From: an uncultured Ignavibacteria bacterium | GTDB taxonomy: Bacteria; Bacteroidota; Ignavibacteria; Kapaibacteriales; UBA2268 | NCBI GenBank assembly: GCA_903862655.1 | Contig: CAIOZA010000019.1 | Coordinates: 6,960 to 70,959, forward strand | Reading direction: 5' to 3' | DNA: 64,000 nt | Shown: positions 28,121 through 37,656 of the stretch, in pieces | How the letters are laid out: each line of letters begins with the position of its first letter | Numbering within the stretch: the first letter of the stretch is position 1 | Notes under the pieces: model-generated | What the model saw: the letters and a program-made list of their open reading frames with translations, nothing else | Databases searched by the model: none | What the model was told of the DNA's origin: nothing | Translations under genes and position numbers: made by a program

Positions 28121-30955
28121 ATGAAAAAAACTATTCTACTTCTGGCATTTCTTTTTTGTTCTACGTTACTTTTTGGGATAGAGTTTAAAGTAAATATTTT
28201 AATGACTGATGGCAGTTCAAAATCATTTAAACTTTCTGATATTGATAATATCAAAATCCTCGCAGGAAAAGATAATTGCATGATGAAGATTTTCTACGAA
28301 CATATATTAACCGATAATTTCCTAATCAAAAATATCGATTCGATAAGATTTGATGTTTCTCAATCACAACTACTGATAATTAAACTGACGAACCAATTGA
28401 AGAGTTATAAAGTTGCTGACATTGATAGTCTCAATTTTTTTATTCCGGCTACTCCAATACCACAAATTACAAGTATAAATCCAAATTCAGGAAAAGTTGG
28501 AGATGAAATGACAATCACAGGCACAAATTTTGGAGCAATAAAAGATAGTAATTTCCTATCATTCAAGAATACAAATGCTTCTATCTATTCTTCCTGGACT
28601 GATACTGAGATTAAAGTAAAAGTTCCTGCAGGTACATCCACTGGTCCAGTTTCAGTTACTATTGGTGGAGTAAAGAGCAATGAATTAAATTTCACATTGA
28701 TACATTACATTACATCAATTTCTCCAGTTTCTGGGAGATATGGGGATATCGTGACTATTAAAGGAATGAGTTTTGGCTCAGCTCAGAATCGAAATCTTGT
28801 AGTTTTTAATGGCATTAACGCTAAAGATTATACTTTATGGACAGATACAATTATTAAGGTGAAAGTTCCAAATGGAGTTAAAACAGACAAATTGTATGTA
28901 GAGGTTGATAGTATAAAAAGTAATGGGATTCTTTACACAATTTTACATAGTTTGTCTAGTATCTCGCCAACAGCTTCAAGAATTGGAGACACTATATCAA
29001 TCTCCGGAATTTCATTTGGAACCAAAAGGGATTCAAGCTATATTAGTTTCAATGCATTAAATGTAAAAGATTATATTTCATGGAGCGATACATTAGTAAA
29101 AGTTAAAGTTCCAATTGGAACTTTAACAGGGAAAGTATCTCTCACTTTAAATATGATTAAAAGTAATGAGATTGTGTTCTCGGTTGTACCTCAGATAATC
29201 CAATTGTCACCTGATTCAGCTGGAATTTCTCAGAATATCAGCATAATTGGAAATGGTTTCGGAAAACCTCAAGGAATCGGGATTGTTTCCTTTTCAGGAG
29301 TAAATGCAAAAGATTACCTTATTTGGGACGACACAGAAATAAGAGTTACAGTGCCTGATGGAGCAAAAACAGGCAATGTGTCGGTAACAGCAGGTGGCAA
29401 TATCAGCAACGAATTGAAATTTACCATAAAACCATTCATTACATCTATTAACCCATCATTCGCCAAACTTGGTGAGCAAATCACAATTAGCGGGTCAAAC
29501 TTTGGGAACACACAAGATGCAAATTTTGTTTCATTTTCTAAAGCAAATGGAAGCAATTATCTAAGTTGGAGTGATACTGAAATTAAATTATTAATTCCAA
29601 GTGCTGCCAATAGTGGAAAAGTATCGGTAACAATCGGTAATGTAAAGAGCAATGAAGTAATTCTTTTGATTATTCCTGAGATCACTAATATTAGTCCAAC
29701 AGCTGAAAAAATAGGTGAACTCGTGACAATAACAGGTAGAGGGTTTAATGATGGAATTGGGACAAGTTTCGTATCATTTTCCGGTGCAAATGCAATAGAT
29801 TATCAAAGTTGGTCTAGTACATCAATTTCAGTTAGAGTTCCATCAGGCGCAAGAACAGGAAAAGTATCGGTCACATCCAGTAACCAAAAAAGCAATGAAG
29901 TTGACTTTTCTATATTGCCTTCAATTTCAAGCATCATGCCTGGCAATGGATTAGTAGGTGATATTATTTTAATTACCGGTGCTAGCTTTGGAACAGTACA
30001 AGGAACTAGTTATGTTTCTTTCAATGGATCCAATGTTACCAATTATCAAAGTTGGACAGAATCAGAAATAAGAGTTTTTGTTCCTCAAGGTGCTACCAGT
30101 GGTAAAGTATATGTAATGGTTGGATCTGTAAAAAGTAATGAAGTTGATTTCACCATGACACCACAGATATCAAATATAACTCCCGATAGATCAAATCTTG
30201 GTGGACAGATTACAATTTCCGGGGCTAATTTTGGAGCTAGCAGAGGATCTAATTTTGTTTCATTCAATACTTTAGCTGCAACATCATATCAGAGTTGGAG
30301 TAATACATCTATAGTTGTTACTATTCCCAATGCTGCAGTTTCTGGGAAAGTATCTGTCACAGTAAGCAATATTAAAAGTAATGAAGTTGATTTCACTATT
30401 ACATCAGTTTTGATTGGAAACCAAGAGTGGATGACAAGAAATTTAGATGTTAGCACTTACCGAAATGGCGATCAAATACCCGAATGTACTGATGCAACAG
30501 AGTGGGAAAATCTTACAACTGGTGCTTGGTGCTATTATGCTAATGAATCCTCAAATGGTACTGTATATGGTAAACTATACAACTGGTTTGCAGTTAATGA
30601 TTCACGAAACTTGGCACCTTCAGGCTGGCATGTAGCGACAGATGCTGAATTTTCTACTCTTAGTGCAACTCTTAATGGTGATGCTATTTCAGGTGGAAAG
30701 ATGAAAGAAACCGGCAATACCCATTGGGCAAGTCCAAATACTAATGCAACGAATGAAAGTGGATTTACTGCGTTAGGGGCTGGATACAGATCAAATGGAT
30801 TTGCTCGCATAAATGAGGTTCTTGTTCTTTGGTCTTCTACTCAAAATGATGCAACCACTGCTTGGGCTAGAAATTTTTCCTATAATACAGGAGCTTTAGC
30901 TAGGAATGCACAATGGAAACAGGTAGGATTTTCAGTTAGGTGTCTTAAGGATTAA
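28121..30955 (+). CDS. Secreted protein with eight tandem IPT/TIG domains and a C-terminal Fibrobacter-succinogenes-major-paralogous (FISUMP) domain
   Basis: Signal peptide. Eight ~85-aa repeats, each starting I(T/S)SI(N/S)P..G..G(D/E)..TI.G..FG and ending GKVSVT....KSNE(V/L).F. C-terminal ~170 aa reads GNQEWMTRNLDV..YRNGD...WCYY...GKLYNW.A......APSGWHV.TDAEF.TL....G......GGKMKETG..HW..PNT.ATN.SGFTALGAGYR...G........LWSST.........AR.F.Y......R....K..GFSVRCLKD, the FISUMP signature. Confidence 0.8.
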   Translation: MKKTILLLAFLFCSTLLFGIEFKVNILMTDGSSKSFKLSDIDNIKILAGKDNCMMKIFYEHILTDNFLIKNIDSIRFDVSQSQLLIIKLTNQLKSYKVADIDSLNFFIPATPIPQITSINPNSGKVGDEMTITGTNFGAIKDSNFLSFKNTNASIYSSWTDTEIKVKVPAGTSTGPVSVTIGGVKSNELNFTLIHYITSISPVSGRYGDIVTIKGMSFGSAQNRNLVVFNGINAKDYTLWTDTIIKVKVPNGVKTDKLYVEVDSIKSNGILYTILHSLSSISPTASRIGDTISISGISFGTKRDSSYISFNALNVKDYISWSDTLVKVKVPIGTLTGKVSLTLNMIKSNEIVFSVVPQIIQLSPDSAGISQNISIIGNGFGKPQGIGIVSFSGVNAKDYLIWDDTEIRVTVPDGAKTGNVSVTAGGNISNELKFTIKPFITSINPSFAKLGEQITISGSNFGNTQDANFVSFSKANGSNYLSWSDTEIKLLIPSAANSGKVSVTIGNVKSNEVILLIIPEITNISPTAEKIGELVTITGRGFNDGIGTSFVSFSGANAIDYQSWSSTSISVRVPSGARTGKVSVTSSNQKSNEVDFSILPSISSIMPGNGLVGDIILITGASFGTVQGTSYVSFNGSNVTNYQSWTESEIRVFVPQGATSGKVYVMVGSVKSNEVDFTMTPQISNITPDRSNLGGQITISGANFGASRGSNFVSFNTLAATSYQSWSNTSIVVTIPNAAVSGKVSVTVSNIKSNEVDFTITSVLIGNQEWMTRNLDVSTYRNGDQIPECTDATEWENLTTGAWCYYANESSNGTVYGKLYNWFAVNDSRNLAPSGWHVATDAEFSTLSATLNGDAISGGKMKETGNTHWASPNTNATNESGFTALGAGYRSNGFARINEVLVLWSSTQNDATTAWARNFSYNTGALARNAQWKQVGFSVRCLKD
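28442..30430 (+). repeat. Eight in-frame tandem ~255-bp coding repeats (IPT/TIG domain array) inside the 28121-30955 CDS
   Basis: Protein-level periodicity of ~85 aa with conserved anchor residues. The repeats are diverged at the DNA level, so this is not a CRISPR or satellite repeat. Confidence 0.6.
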
Positions 30956-31062
30956 CAATCAAAAAGCTGTCTAAAAGAATTTAGTTTTCTTAATTTAAAC
31001 TTTTTAAGCTCTTTTTTAAGAGATAAATACATAAAATTTAAATAATTTTTCAGGGAGCTCTA

Positions 31063-31521
31063 ATGAAAATATTTTTAATGTACTTTATTATGACAATTTC
31101 TTCCTGCATAATAGCGAATGCTCAGAGCGACACGTTGGTTATTACTAAGAAGAATTCGATAATTGAAAGATATTCTGTTTCACAGATTCAAAAGATTATA
31201 TTTGAGAATATTACAGATGTTCTAGAACATCAGTTCATTAACAAAAGCCTTCTATTGACAGGTAATTACCCTAACCCTTTTGCTGAAATGACAAATATCG
31301 ACTTTGAAATTTCAAGTGCTGGTAATGTTGAAGTCATTATCTTTGATAATTCTGGAAGCCAGATACAAATATTAAAATGTGAGAATTGTTCTTCAGGAAA
31401 GAATTCATTACTGTGGGATGGTTTTGACCTAAAAAAGAATAAAGTTCAATCCGGTATATATTACTATGAGGTGTGTTCCAAAAATGAAATCCTTAGCAAA
31501 CAAATGATTTTGGCAAAATAG
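31063..31521 (+). CDS. Minimal T9SS cargo: signal peptide, ~45-aa segment and a T9SS C-terminal sorting domain
   Basis: N-terminal signal peptide (MKIFLMYFIMTISSCIIANAQ). C-terminal ~85 aa (LLLTGNYPNPFAEMTNIDFEISSAGNVEVIIFDNSGSQIQIL...SGIYYYEV...) matches the Por_Secre_tail / T9SS type A CTD pattern (NYPNPF ... GIYFY...). Confidence 0.65.
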   Translation: MKIFLMYFIMTISSCIIANAQSDTLVITKKNSIIERYSVSQIQKIIFENITDVLEHQFINKSLLLTGNYPNPFAEMTNIDFEISSAGNVEVIIFDNSGSQIQILKCENCSSGKNSLLWDGFDLKKNKVQSGIYYYEVCSKNEILSKQMILAK

Positions 31522-31782
31522 TCGGCAATATTACGGAGTAAAAATATTTGAAATACTTAATGCACAATGGCCAAGTCATATGGGAAAGTTGTTATTGAGT
31601 TTATTCGCTAATGCTCATTGAACAGCATTCATGTTTTATGTGATACTTTTTATATATTTTCTAATAATTGATCTTAATTACTGAGTAAACATTTGTAGAG
31701 TTTTAAGGAGTATCTACAATATATAAAATTTGAATTTGTCATTAATTAAAAACAAATACTTTTTTATACAATTAGGAGATTA

Positions 31783-32517
31783 TTGATGAAATGGACTAAG
31801 CTACAACTCATTCTTGCCTTTATGGTATCAGTTTTAATGATTAATTCATGTCAAGATGATCCAGTTAATCCTGGAGACGATACAGCCAGTTATTTTCAAT
31901 TTAAAACAGGCAATTACTGGGTTTATAAAATTGATTCTCTTGATGCTAATCAAGCCATTGTTGTTGGGACTTCATCAACTGATTCAACTGTAGATGTCGG
32001 TGTTGAAATGAAATCCGGTAAATCAGCAAATAAGTTTGCAAATTATTATTCTGATGGCTCTAATGATGATGGCTATTTTGCTTTAGATGGTAAGAAACTA
32101 TATTCATTAATAGCAGATGTATCATCTGGAGGAGTTTCCCTACCAATTTCAGGATGGGTATTAATTTCAGACTTTGATGCTGCCACATGGACTGTCCTTG
32201 ACACTAGTCTTCCAATTCAGACTAATATGGGAGAAATAAACGCTAAAGTAACCGTTGTTGGTTCTAAAGGAATCCTAAAAAACATTACAGTAGGAACTTC
32301 TAGTATTTCATGCCAGGAATTTATTCAGACCATTTCTATTACAGCACAAGTAAGTGGTTTTACAATCCCAATAACCTTAAAGATTAAGTATTATTTTGGT
32401 AAAAATGTTGGTCTAGTACAAGTATCACAAGAAACTGCAAAGTATACAATTCCTTTACTGGGTGATCAATATCTTTTTGGCTTTATTAGATCATTGCAAA
32501 GATATAAAATCTCCTAA
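31783..32517 (+). CDS. Hypothetical lipoprotein
   Basis: Signal peptide with a lipobox Cys (LMINSCQDD); Ser/Thr/Gly-rich; no recognisable catalytic motifs. Confidence 0.6.
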   Translation: MMKWTKLQLILAFMVSVLMINSCQDDPVNPGDDTASYFQFKTGNYWVYKIDSLDANQAIVVGTSSTDSTVDVGVEMKSGKSANKFANYYSDGSNDDGYFALDGKKLYSLIADVSSGGVSLPISGWVLISDFDAATWTVLDTSLPIQTNMGEINAKVTVVGSKGILKNITVGTSSISCQEFIQTISITAQVSGFTIPITLKIKYYFGKNVGLVQVSQETAKYTIPLLGDQYLFGFIRSLQRYKIS

Positions 32518-32537
32518 AAACCATAATTTTCAATACT

Positions 32538-32570
32538 AAGCCTTTATTTTTCAAAATAAGGGCTTTTTTA
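32538..32570 (+). terminator. Probable rho-independent terminator after the lipoprotein gene
   Basis: Imperfect 11-bp stem AAGCCTTTATT / AATAAGGGCTT (one mismatch) followed by TTTTTATT. Confidence 0.4.
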
Positions 32571-32780
32571 TTAAAGTTTATTGCGAAATGTACGATAAAA
32601 ACTGTATTGGAGCGAAATTTAAAGAAATAATAATATGTTAAAATCGTTTCTATTAATGTATTTTTAGTTATTTGATTTGATGATTAGACAAACAATGATT
32701 AACTTTGTATGATTTGTTTGACAAGTGAATTAATCGGATTTTATAATTATCTTTTGATTATCAATTTTTAGAAAGCAATA

Positions 32781-33476
32781 ATGGAAGCCACTATAAAAAT
32801 ATCGTTAATAATCCTTTTTAGTTATTTAGTCGGATCTTTCCCAAGCGCAGTAATCATAAGCAAAAGATTTTTTGGGTTTGACATCAGGGAAAAAGGTAGT
32901 GGGAACATGGGAAGCACAAATGCTTTTCGTATTCTGGGCTGGAAATGGGGTTTGGTTGTTCAGATTTTGGATATCCTCAAAGGTATCATTGCTGTTTCCT
33001 TGATAGCTTCAGTTATTGGACAAGGTATTGATTTAGGAAAGCATACCTGGTTCGAAGACATAACGTTAATTAAGATGGGTGCAGGTATTGCAGCTGTAAT
33101 AGGTCATATCTGGTCACTATTTGTCAACTTCAGAGGTGGCAAAGGTATCAGCACCGCAGCAGGAATGTTAGTAGCTATTGCCCCTATTGATGTTTGTATA
33201 GCATTGGGAATATTTATTCTGGCAGTCATTTTTTCCGGTTACATCTCTCTCGGCTCATTATCGGCAGCTTTTGCGATTCCATCATCAATGTTTTTCAGGT
33301 ATAATATCCTACATGTAGATATACCGGGATATCAGATTATAATATATTTTTCTATAGCCTTGGCTTTGATGATTACTTATGCTCACAGAGCTAATATAAA
33401 ACGTCTTTGGGAGGGTAAAGAGAATAAGTTCTCTAAACTACAGTTAATTAAAATCAGATCTCGCAATAATCGCTAG
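32781..33476 (+). CDS. plsY: Glycerol-3-phosphate acyltransferase PlsY (acyl-phosphate dependent)
   Basis: LFSYLVGSFPSAVIISKRFFGFDIREKGSGNMGSTNAFRILGWKWGLVVQILDILKG matches PlsY conserved motifs; 231-aa membrane protein. Confidence 0.9.
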   Translation: MEATIKISLIILFSYLVGSFPSAVIISKRFFGFDIREKGSGNMGSTNAFRILGWKWGLVVQILDILKGIIAVSLIASVIGQGIDLGKHTWFEDITLIKMGAGIAAVIGHIWSLFVNFRGGKGISTAAGMLVAIAPIDVCIALGIFILAVIFSGYISLGSLSAAFAIPSSMFFRYNILHVDIPGYQIIIYFSIALALMITYAHRANIKRLWEGKENKFSKLQLIKIRSRNNR

Positions 33477-33485
33477 CAACAGAGT

Positions 33486-34493
33486 TTGAATTCAAAAAAA
33501 AATAGAATTGGCATATTTGGTGCTGGTGGCTGGGGAACATCCCTCGCGGCTTTGCTTTCTAATAATCATCATTCGGTTACTCTCTGGACGCATGAAGAGG
33601 ATGTTAACCAAGAGATCAATCAATACCACACAAATTCTACCTACATTAAAGGTGTAGAACTACCCCAAAGTCTAGCGAGCACTCTAAATCCAGCTGATTT
33701 AAATGATTCCGATATGATTGTGATAGCCATTCCAACCCAATATATTCGCGAAACAATTACCAAATATGACATTAAGCTAGAAAATAAAATTGTGGCTAGT
33801 GTGGCAAAGGGAATAGAAAAGAACACATATTTCAGAGTTTCTGAGATATTAAATGATGTTGCTGGGATAAGTGCAGAACAATATGTGATTCTAACTGGGC
33901 CTTCTCATGCTGAGGAAGTATCAAGAAACCTTGCGACTACAGTAGTTGCAGGATCAGCATCTCATTCATCGGCAGTCATGGTTCAACATACTTTTACAAC
34001 TCCAAATTTTAGAGTCTATACGACTGATGACGTTATTGGTTGTGAGGTTGGCGGTTCGCTTAAAAATGTGATAGCTATCGCAGCCGGAATCATTGATGGA
34101 TTGCAAATGGGTGACAACACAAAAGCAGCTCTGATAACTCGAGGACTTGCAGAAATGTCACGTCTTGGAGTTGCCCTAGGTGCTAATCCTCAGACTTTTT
34201 CAGGATTATCCGGCTTAGGTGATCTTTACGTAACGTGCAGCAGCAAATTCAGCAGGAACCGATTTGTAGGAGAAGAAATTGGAAGAGGAAAGAAAATTAG
34301 TCAAATTACAAATGAAATGAAAATGATAGCTGAAGGTGTTACCACTACCAAATCGGCTCATTTCCTAGCTCTTAAACACAATGTGGAATTGCCAATAGTA
34401 AACCAGGTATACAAAATACTCTTTGAAGAAGTTGCCCCTCTTGACGCTTTAAGAAAACTTATGACAAGAGAAACCAAACGTGAATGGTGGTAA
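33486..34493 (+). CDS. gpsA: NAD(P)H-dependent glycerol-3-phosphate dehydrogenase
   Basis: TTG start. Rossmann GIFGAGGWGTSLA at the N-terminus; ...GSLKNVIAIAAGIIDGL...NTKAALITRGLAEM... GpsA core. Adjacent to plsY, a common pairing. Confidence 0.9.
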   Translation: MNSKKNRIGIFGAGGWGTSLAALLSNNHHSVTLWTHEEDVNQEINQYHTNSTYIKGVELPQSLASTLNPADLNDSDMIVIAIPTQYIRETITKYDIKLENKIVASVAKGIEKNTYFRVSEILNDVAGISAEQYVILTGPSHAEEVSRNLATTVVAGSASHSSAVMVQHTFTTPNFRVYTTDDVIGCEVGGSLKNVIAIAAGIIDGLQMGDNTKAALITRGLAEMSRLGVALGANPQTFSGLSGLGDLYVTCSSKFSRNRFVGEEIGRGKKISQITNEMKMIAEGVTTTKSAHFLALKHNVELPIVNQVYKILFEEVAPLDALRKLMTRETKREWW

Positions 34494-34495
34494 AA

Positions 34496-34527
34496 AAAAT
34501 TCCATCTTGAATGTGATGGAATTTTTA
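34496..34527. terminator. Bidirectional rho-independent terminator between convergent gpsA and the SPFH gene
   Basis: AAAAAAAATTCCATC-TTGAATGT-GATGGAATTTTT: 9-bp perfect stem flanked by an A-run on one side and a T-run on the other. Confidence 0.6.
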
Positions 34528-34544
34528 ATAAGATCATTCTATTT

Positions 34545-35468
34545 TTAAGGCTTTTCAATATGAGTCAGCATTTCCTTAATACCTCCCAACGAACTTAATA
34601 TACCGGAACTCTCATAGGGCATAAAAACTATCTTCTGTGCATTATTAGAAATATCTTTAAGTGCTTCAAGATATCTCATAGCAATCAAGTATGAACCCGG
34701 GTCGCCAGTCCCGGCCTTAAGTACTTCTGCAATCATGTGGATGGCAGAGCTTTCGGCTTCAGCAACTTTCAATCTTGCAAGAGCCTGACCTTCAGCTTGA
34801 AGAATTGCGGCTTCTTTCTGGCCTTCAGCAGAAACAATAGCGGATTGCTTTTGTCCTTCGGCTCGTAATATCTGTGATTGTTTTTCACCTTCTGCCTGAA
34901 GTATAGTGGCTCTTCTATTCCGTTCAGCAGTCATCTGCTTTTCCATAGTAATTCTTATATCTTCTGGTGGAATTATATTGCGAACTTCCACTCTCATTAC
35001 CTTTACACCCCATTTGTCAGTAGCCTGATCGAGAGAACTACGCAATTTTGTATTAATAGTATCTCTGCCAAATAAAGTATGATCAAGATCCAATTCGCCG
35101 ATAACAGCCCTAAGTGATGACTGCGTCAACTGCTCCACACCCCATCTGAGATTAGAAATTTCATAAATACTCTTAACTGGATCAGTAATTTGAAAATAAA
35201 CTACACAATCCACATTCATTGTCACATTATCTCTAGTAATAACAGCCTGAGGCAGAATATCGATAAACTGCTCACGTAAATCAATTGTAGCCCTTACCTT
35301 ATCAATAAATGGCACTATAATATTTAACCCCGAGACAGCTAATTTGTGATATTTACCTAAACGTTCAATCAATTTGACTGTCGCCTGACTGACCATCTTA
35401 ATACTGCTAGCAGCTACAACAATAGCGAAGAAGACAATAATAAAAACAAGAACGGCTCCACCTTCCAT
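34545..35468 (-). CDS. SPFH/band-7 (stomatin/prohibitin-like) membrane protein
   Basis: N-terminal TM, SPFH domain (VKLIERLGKYHKLAVSGLNIIVPFIDKV...) and a C-terminal coiled coil with repeated LQAEGEKQS/LRAEGQKQS/VSAEGQKEA/LQAEGQA. Confidence 0.85.
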   Translation of the reverse strand: MEGGAVLVFIIVFFAIVVAASSIKMVSQATVKLIERLGKYHKLAVSGLNIIVPFIDKVRATIDLREQFIDILPQAVITRDNVTMNVDCVVYFQITDPVKSIYEISNLRWGVEQLTQSSLRAVIGELDLDHTLFGRDTINTKLRSSLDQATDKWGVKVMRVEVRNIIPPEDIRITMEKQMTAERNRRATILQAEGEKQSQILRAEGQKQSAIVSAEGQKEAAILQAEGQALARLKVAEAESSAIHMIAEVLKAGTGDPGSYLIAMRYLEALKDISNNAQKIVFMPYESSGILSSLGGIKEMLTHIEKP

Positions 35469-35499
35469 ATTTACCTCAAATTATTGATGAAAAAACAGA

Positions 35500-35940
35500 T
35501 TAATTATTTTTTTTAACTATTAGCTTTGCACCTTCAAATCCCACAACACTTATAAGCTCCTCCTTGTCAATAATTGAATCATCTAATGAACGAGCAGACC
35601 AATCTTGTCCTTCGACAGTAACCCTTCCTTCACTAAGCATATTATCAATTTTTGTAGTGACTAGCCCTGTCTTCCCTGACATTACATCCATATTTGTTTT
35701 AAATTGTTTACCCGGAGATCTTTGGAAAACATTTTTAAAAAATATTTTTGATAATGTCACTAAAATGAGAGATAGAATAACAAATATTATCACTTGAAGG
35801 TTTAAATTATGAATTCCAAGAAGATCCAGTACGCCAACAATTCCTGCTGATATTCCAAACCAAAGAATAACGAAACCAGGTGTAATAATTTCTATCACAG
35901 ATAGCACTAATGCAAGAATAAACCACCAATAGTATTCCAT
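35500..35940 (-). CDS. NfeD-family membrane protein (partner of the SPFH protein)
   Basis: Two N-terminal TM helices and a C-terminal OB-fold-like beta domain (GKTGLVTTKIDNMLSEGRVTVEGQDWSARS). Sits immediately upstream of, and co-oriented with, the SPFH gene. Confidence 0.75.
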   Translation of the reverse strand: MEYYWWFILALVLSVIEIITPGFVILWFGISAGIVGVLDLLGIHNLNLQVIIFVILSLILVTLSKIFFKNVFQRSPGKQFKTNMDVMSGKTGLVTTKIDNMLSEGRVTVEGQDWSARSLDDSIIDKEELISVVGFEGAKLIVKKNN

Positions 35941-36011
35941 ATAGATGTTACATATTAGTTATACAATAAGTAAAATTATGAGAAAAAAACAAGAAAACAA
36001 AGAAGAAAAAA

Positions 36012-37493
36012 TTAAATTTCAGGATATTTAGGATTATTTGAATGGAGAGGTGAATGATTCCTACAAATATAAGTATTTAAAACTGTTTTAATTGGAATTT
36101 TGACAAGCCGAAATGATCTTGTATTTATATTCATTCTAAGGTAAGTAAAATTTATAACCGACAAAACGAGTCCTATAGGAAGCCAAAAGTTAGGTGAACT
36201 AAAGTTATTGCCAGAAATAAAATTTATAATAATTTGTACGATTATTATATAATATAATAATCTGATTAACCTCTGCTCATATTCACTGAAGTAGCTCAAT
36301 ATTTTTTCATTTTTGGTTAATTTGATCGTTACAACAATTAAGCTAGTAAAAAAAGAAAACAGGAATATAACTCCAATTGTGCCTAATTCCGCCAGAACAG
36401 TAGAAAGAGTAAAATCAGAGAATACTAATTCTGGGTGAATTTTGTTGCAAGAAGTTAAACCCAATCCGATACCTTGAATTGGATAATGCTTCCAGATATC
36501 AATAGATTGTTGATAGGTATTTAATCTTGATCCAAATGACTCACCAAAAACCTGTTTATCGTCATTCCCGGCATTAGTAGCAAAATGAAAGATACCTTCT
36601 ATTCTCTGCTGAAATAATTCGATTACACTTACTCCTACATATTCTGAAAAAAGCAGATCAGCTAGAGTAATAATTACAACAAATGAAAGAATTAATGTTG
36701 AGTATCTAATGATATGTTGTTTTTTTTGAACTACTAGCATACCAGCAAAAATAAGAATTACTCCTACGAATCCTGTCATTGAAAAAGCAAGTAACATCCC
36801 AATAGACGCAAAGACAAGCATAGTAAAAATAATTATTTTACTTTTAAAAAAGTGTTTTTGTTTATTAATAATCGGGACTATTAAAAAAGCCAGCATGTAT
36901 GTATTGAAAGTACCTAAAGCTGATGGTTCAGAGAATATTGAGGTAGCTCTAAAAAAATCACCATAATGAAGACTCAATTGATTGAAAGAATCTACTCCTT
37001 CTTCTGCCGCTCTCGACATGAAACTAACATTATTGTAAACTATCCAAGCCAGGGGTAAATCCAAAGCTCTTGCAATAATCTGGTAAATCCCAAAAATATT
37101 AATAAGTAAACCTAGAATAAGCCATGTTTTAATTACCTTATCCCATTTTGATATATCAATTGGCAAAAAGATGCAAATAATTCCGAATAAAAAGAGTTCA
37201 ATAAAGTGAACAAATGATTTAAAAAATTGGAAAATCATATCGGTCTCGCCATAATATATGGCTGTAGTTGAGGATATAATAATGGAAACAAATAGTCCGA
37301 ATAATATTAAATGAAAGATATTATAGGAATATTTAACTTGAATACCATCCCAAATCAGTTTTTTAAGAGCATATATATAAAAGGCCAGAAGTGCAAAATC
37401 GAGAATAGTTACTCCATATCCACTTATCGAGAAGAATTGAAAGCCTGTAAAAAAGAACCCTATAAATATTATTTGGAGAAGAAATATTTGCAT
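36012..37493 (-). CDS. O-antigen ligase / Wzy-like polytopic membrane protein
   Basis: 493 aa with about 12 predicted TM segments and a large extracytoplasmic loop (...RAAEEGVDSFNQLSLHYGDFFRATSIFSEPSALGTF...) reminiscent of the Wzy_C / O-antigen ligase domain. Confidence 0.55.
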   Translation of the reverse strand: MQIFLLQIIFIGFFFTGFQFFSISGYGVTILDFALLAFYIYALKKLIWDGIQVKYSYNIFHLILFGLFVSIIISSTTAIYYGETDMIFQFFKSFVHFIELFLFGIICIFLPIDISKWDKVIKTWLILGLLINIFGIYQIIARALDLPLAWIVYNNVSFMSRAAEEGVDSFNQLSLHYGDFFRATSIFSEPSALGTFNTYMLAFLIVPIINKQKHFFKSKIIIFTMLVFASIGMLLAFSMTGFVGVILIFAGMLVVQKKQHIIRYSTLILSFVVIITLADLLFSEYVGVSVIELFQQRIEGIFHFATNAGNDDKQVFGESFGSRLNTYQQSIDIWKHYPIQGIGLGLTSCNKIHPELVFSDFTLSTVLAELGTIGVIFLFSFFTSLIVVTIKLTKNEKILSYFSEYEQRLIRLLYYIIIVQIIINFISGNNFSSPNFWLPIGLVLSVINFTYLRMNINTRSFRLVKIPIKTVLNTYICRNHSPLHSNNPKYPEI

Positions 37494-37656
37494 TAATTTA
37501 AATTTATGAATTTCTGATTAGAAAAGTGATTTTTATTAATTAATTTTTTCATTGACAAAAACATAATCCGTGCAGACATTCCCTAAAATATAGTAGGATA
37601 TGCATCCAGAAAGACATAAAAAAAAAGCAAAACTGAATCCTATTATTCCAAAATTA

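Noticed and set aside
28442-30430. Regular ~255-bp periodic repeats that could be mistaken for a CRISPR or satellite array
   Set aside because: They are in-frame protein-domain repeats (IPT/TIG) inside one long ORF. They are diverged at the DNA level, have no short conserved direct repeats or spacers, and no cas genes are nearby.
29314-30810. Four short ORFs (both strands) within the IPT/TIG-FISUMP gene
   Set aside because: Embedded in or antisense to the 944-aa ORF; no independent support.
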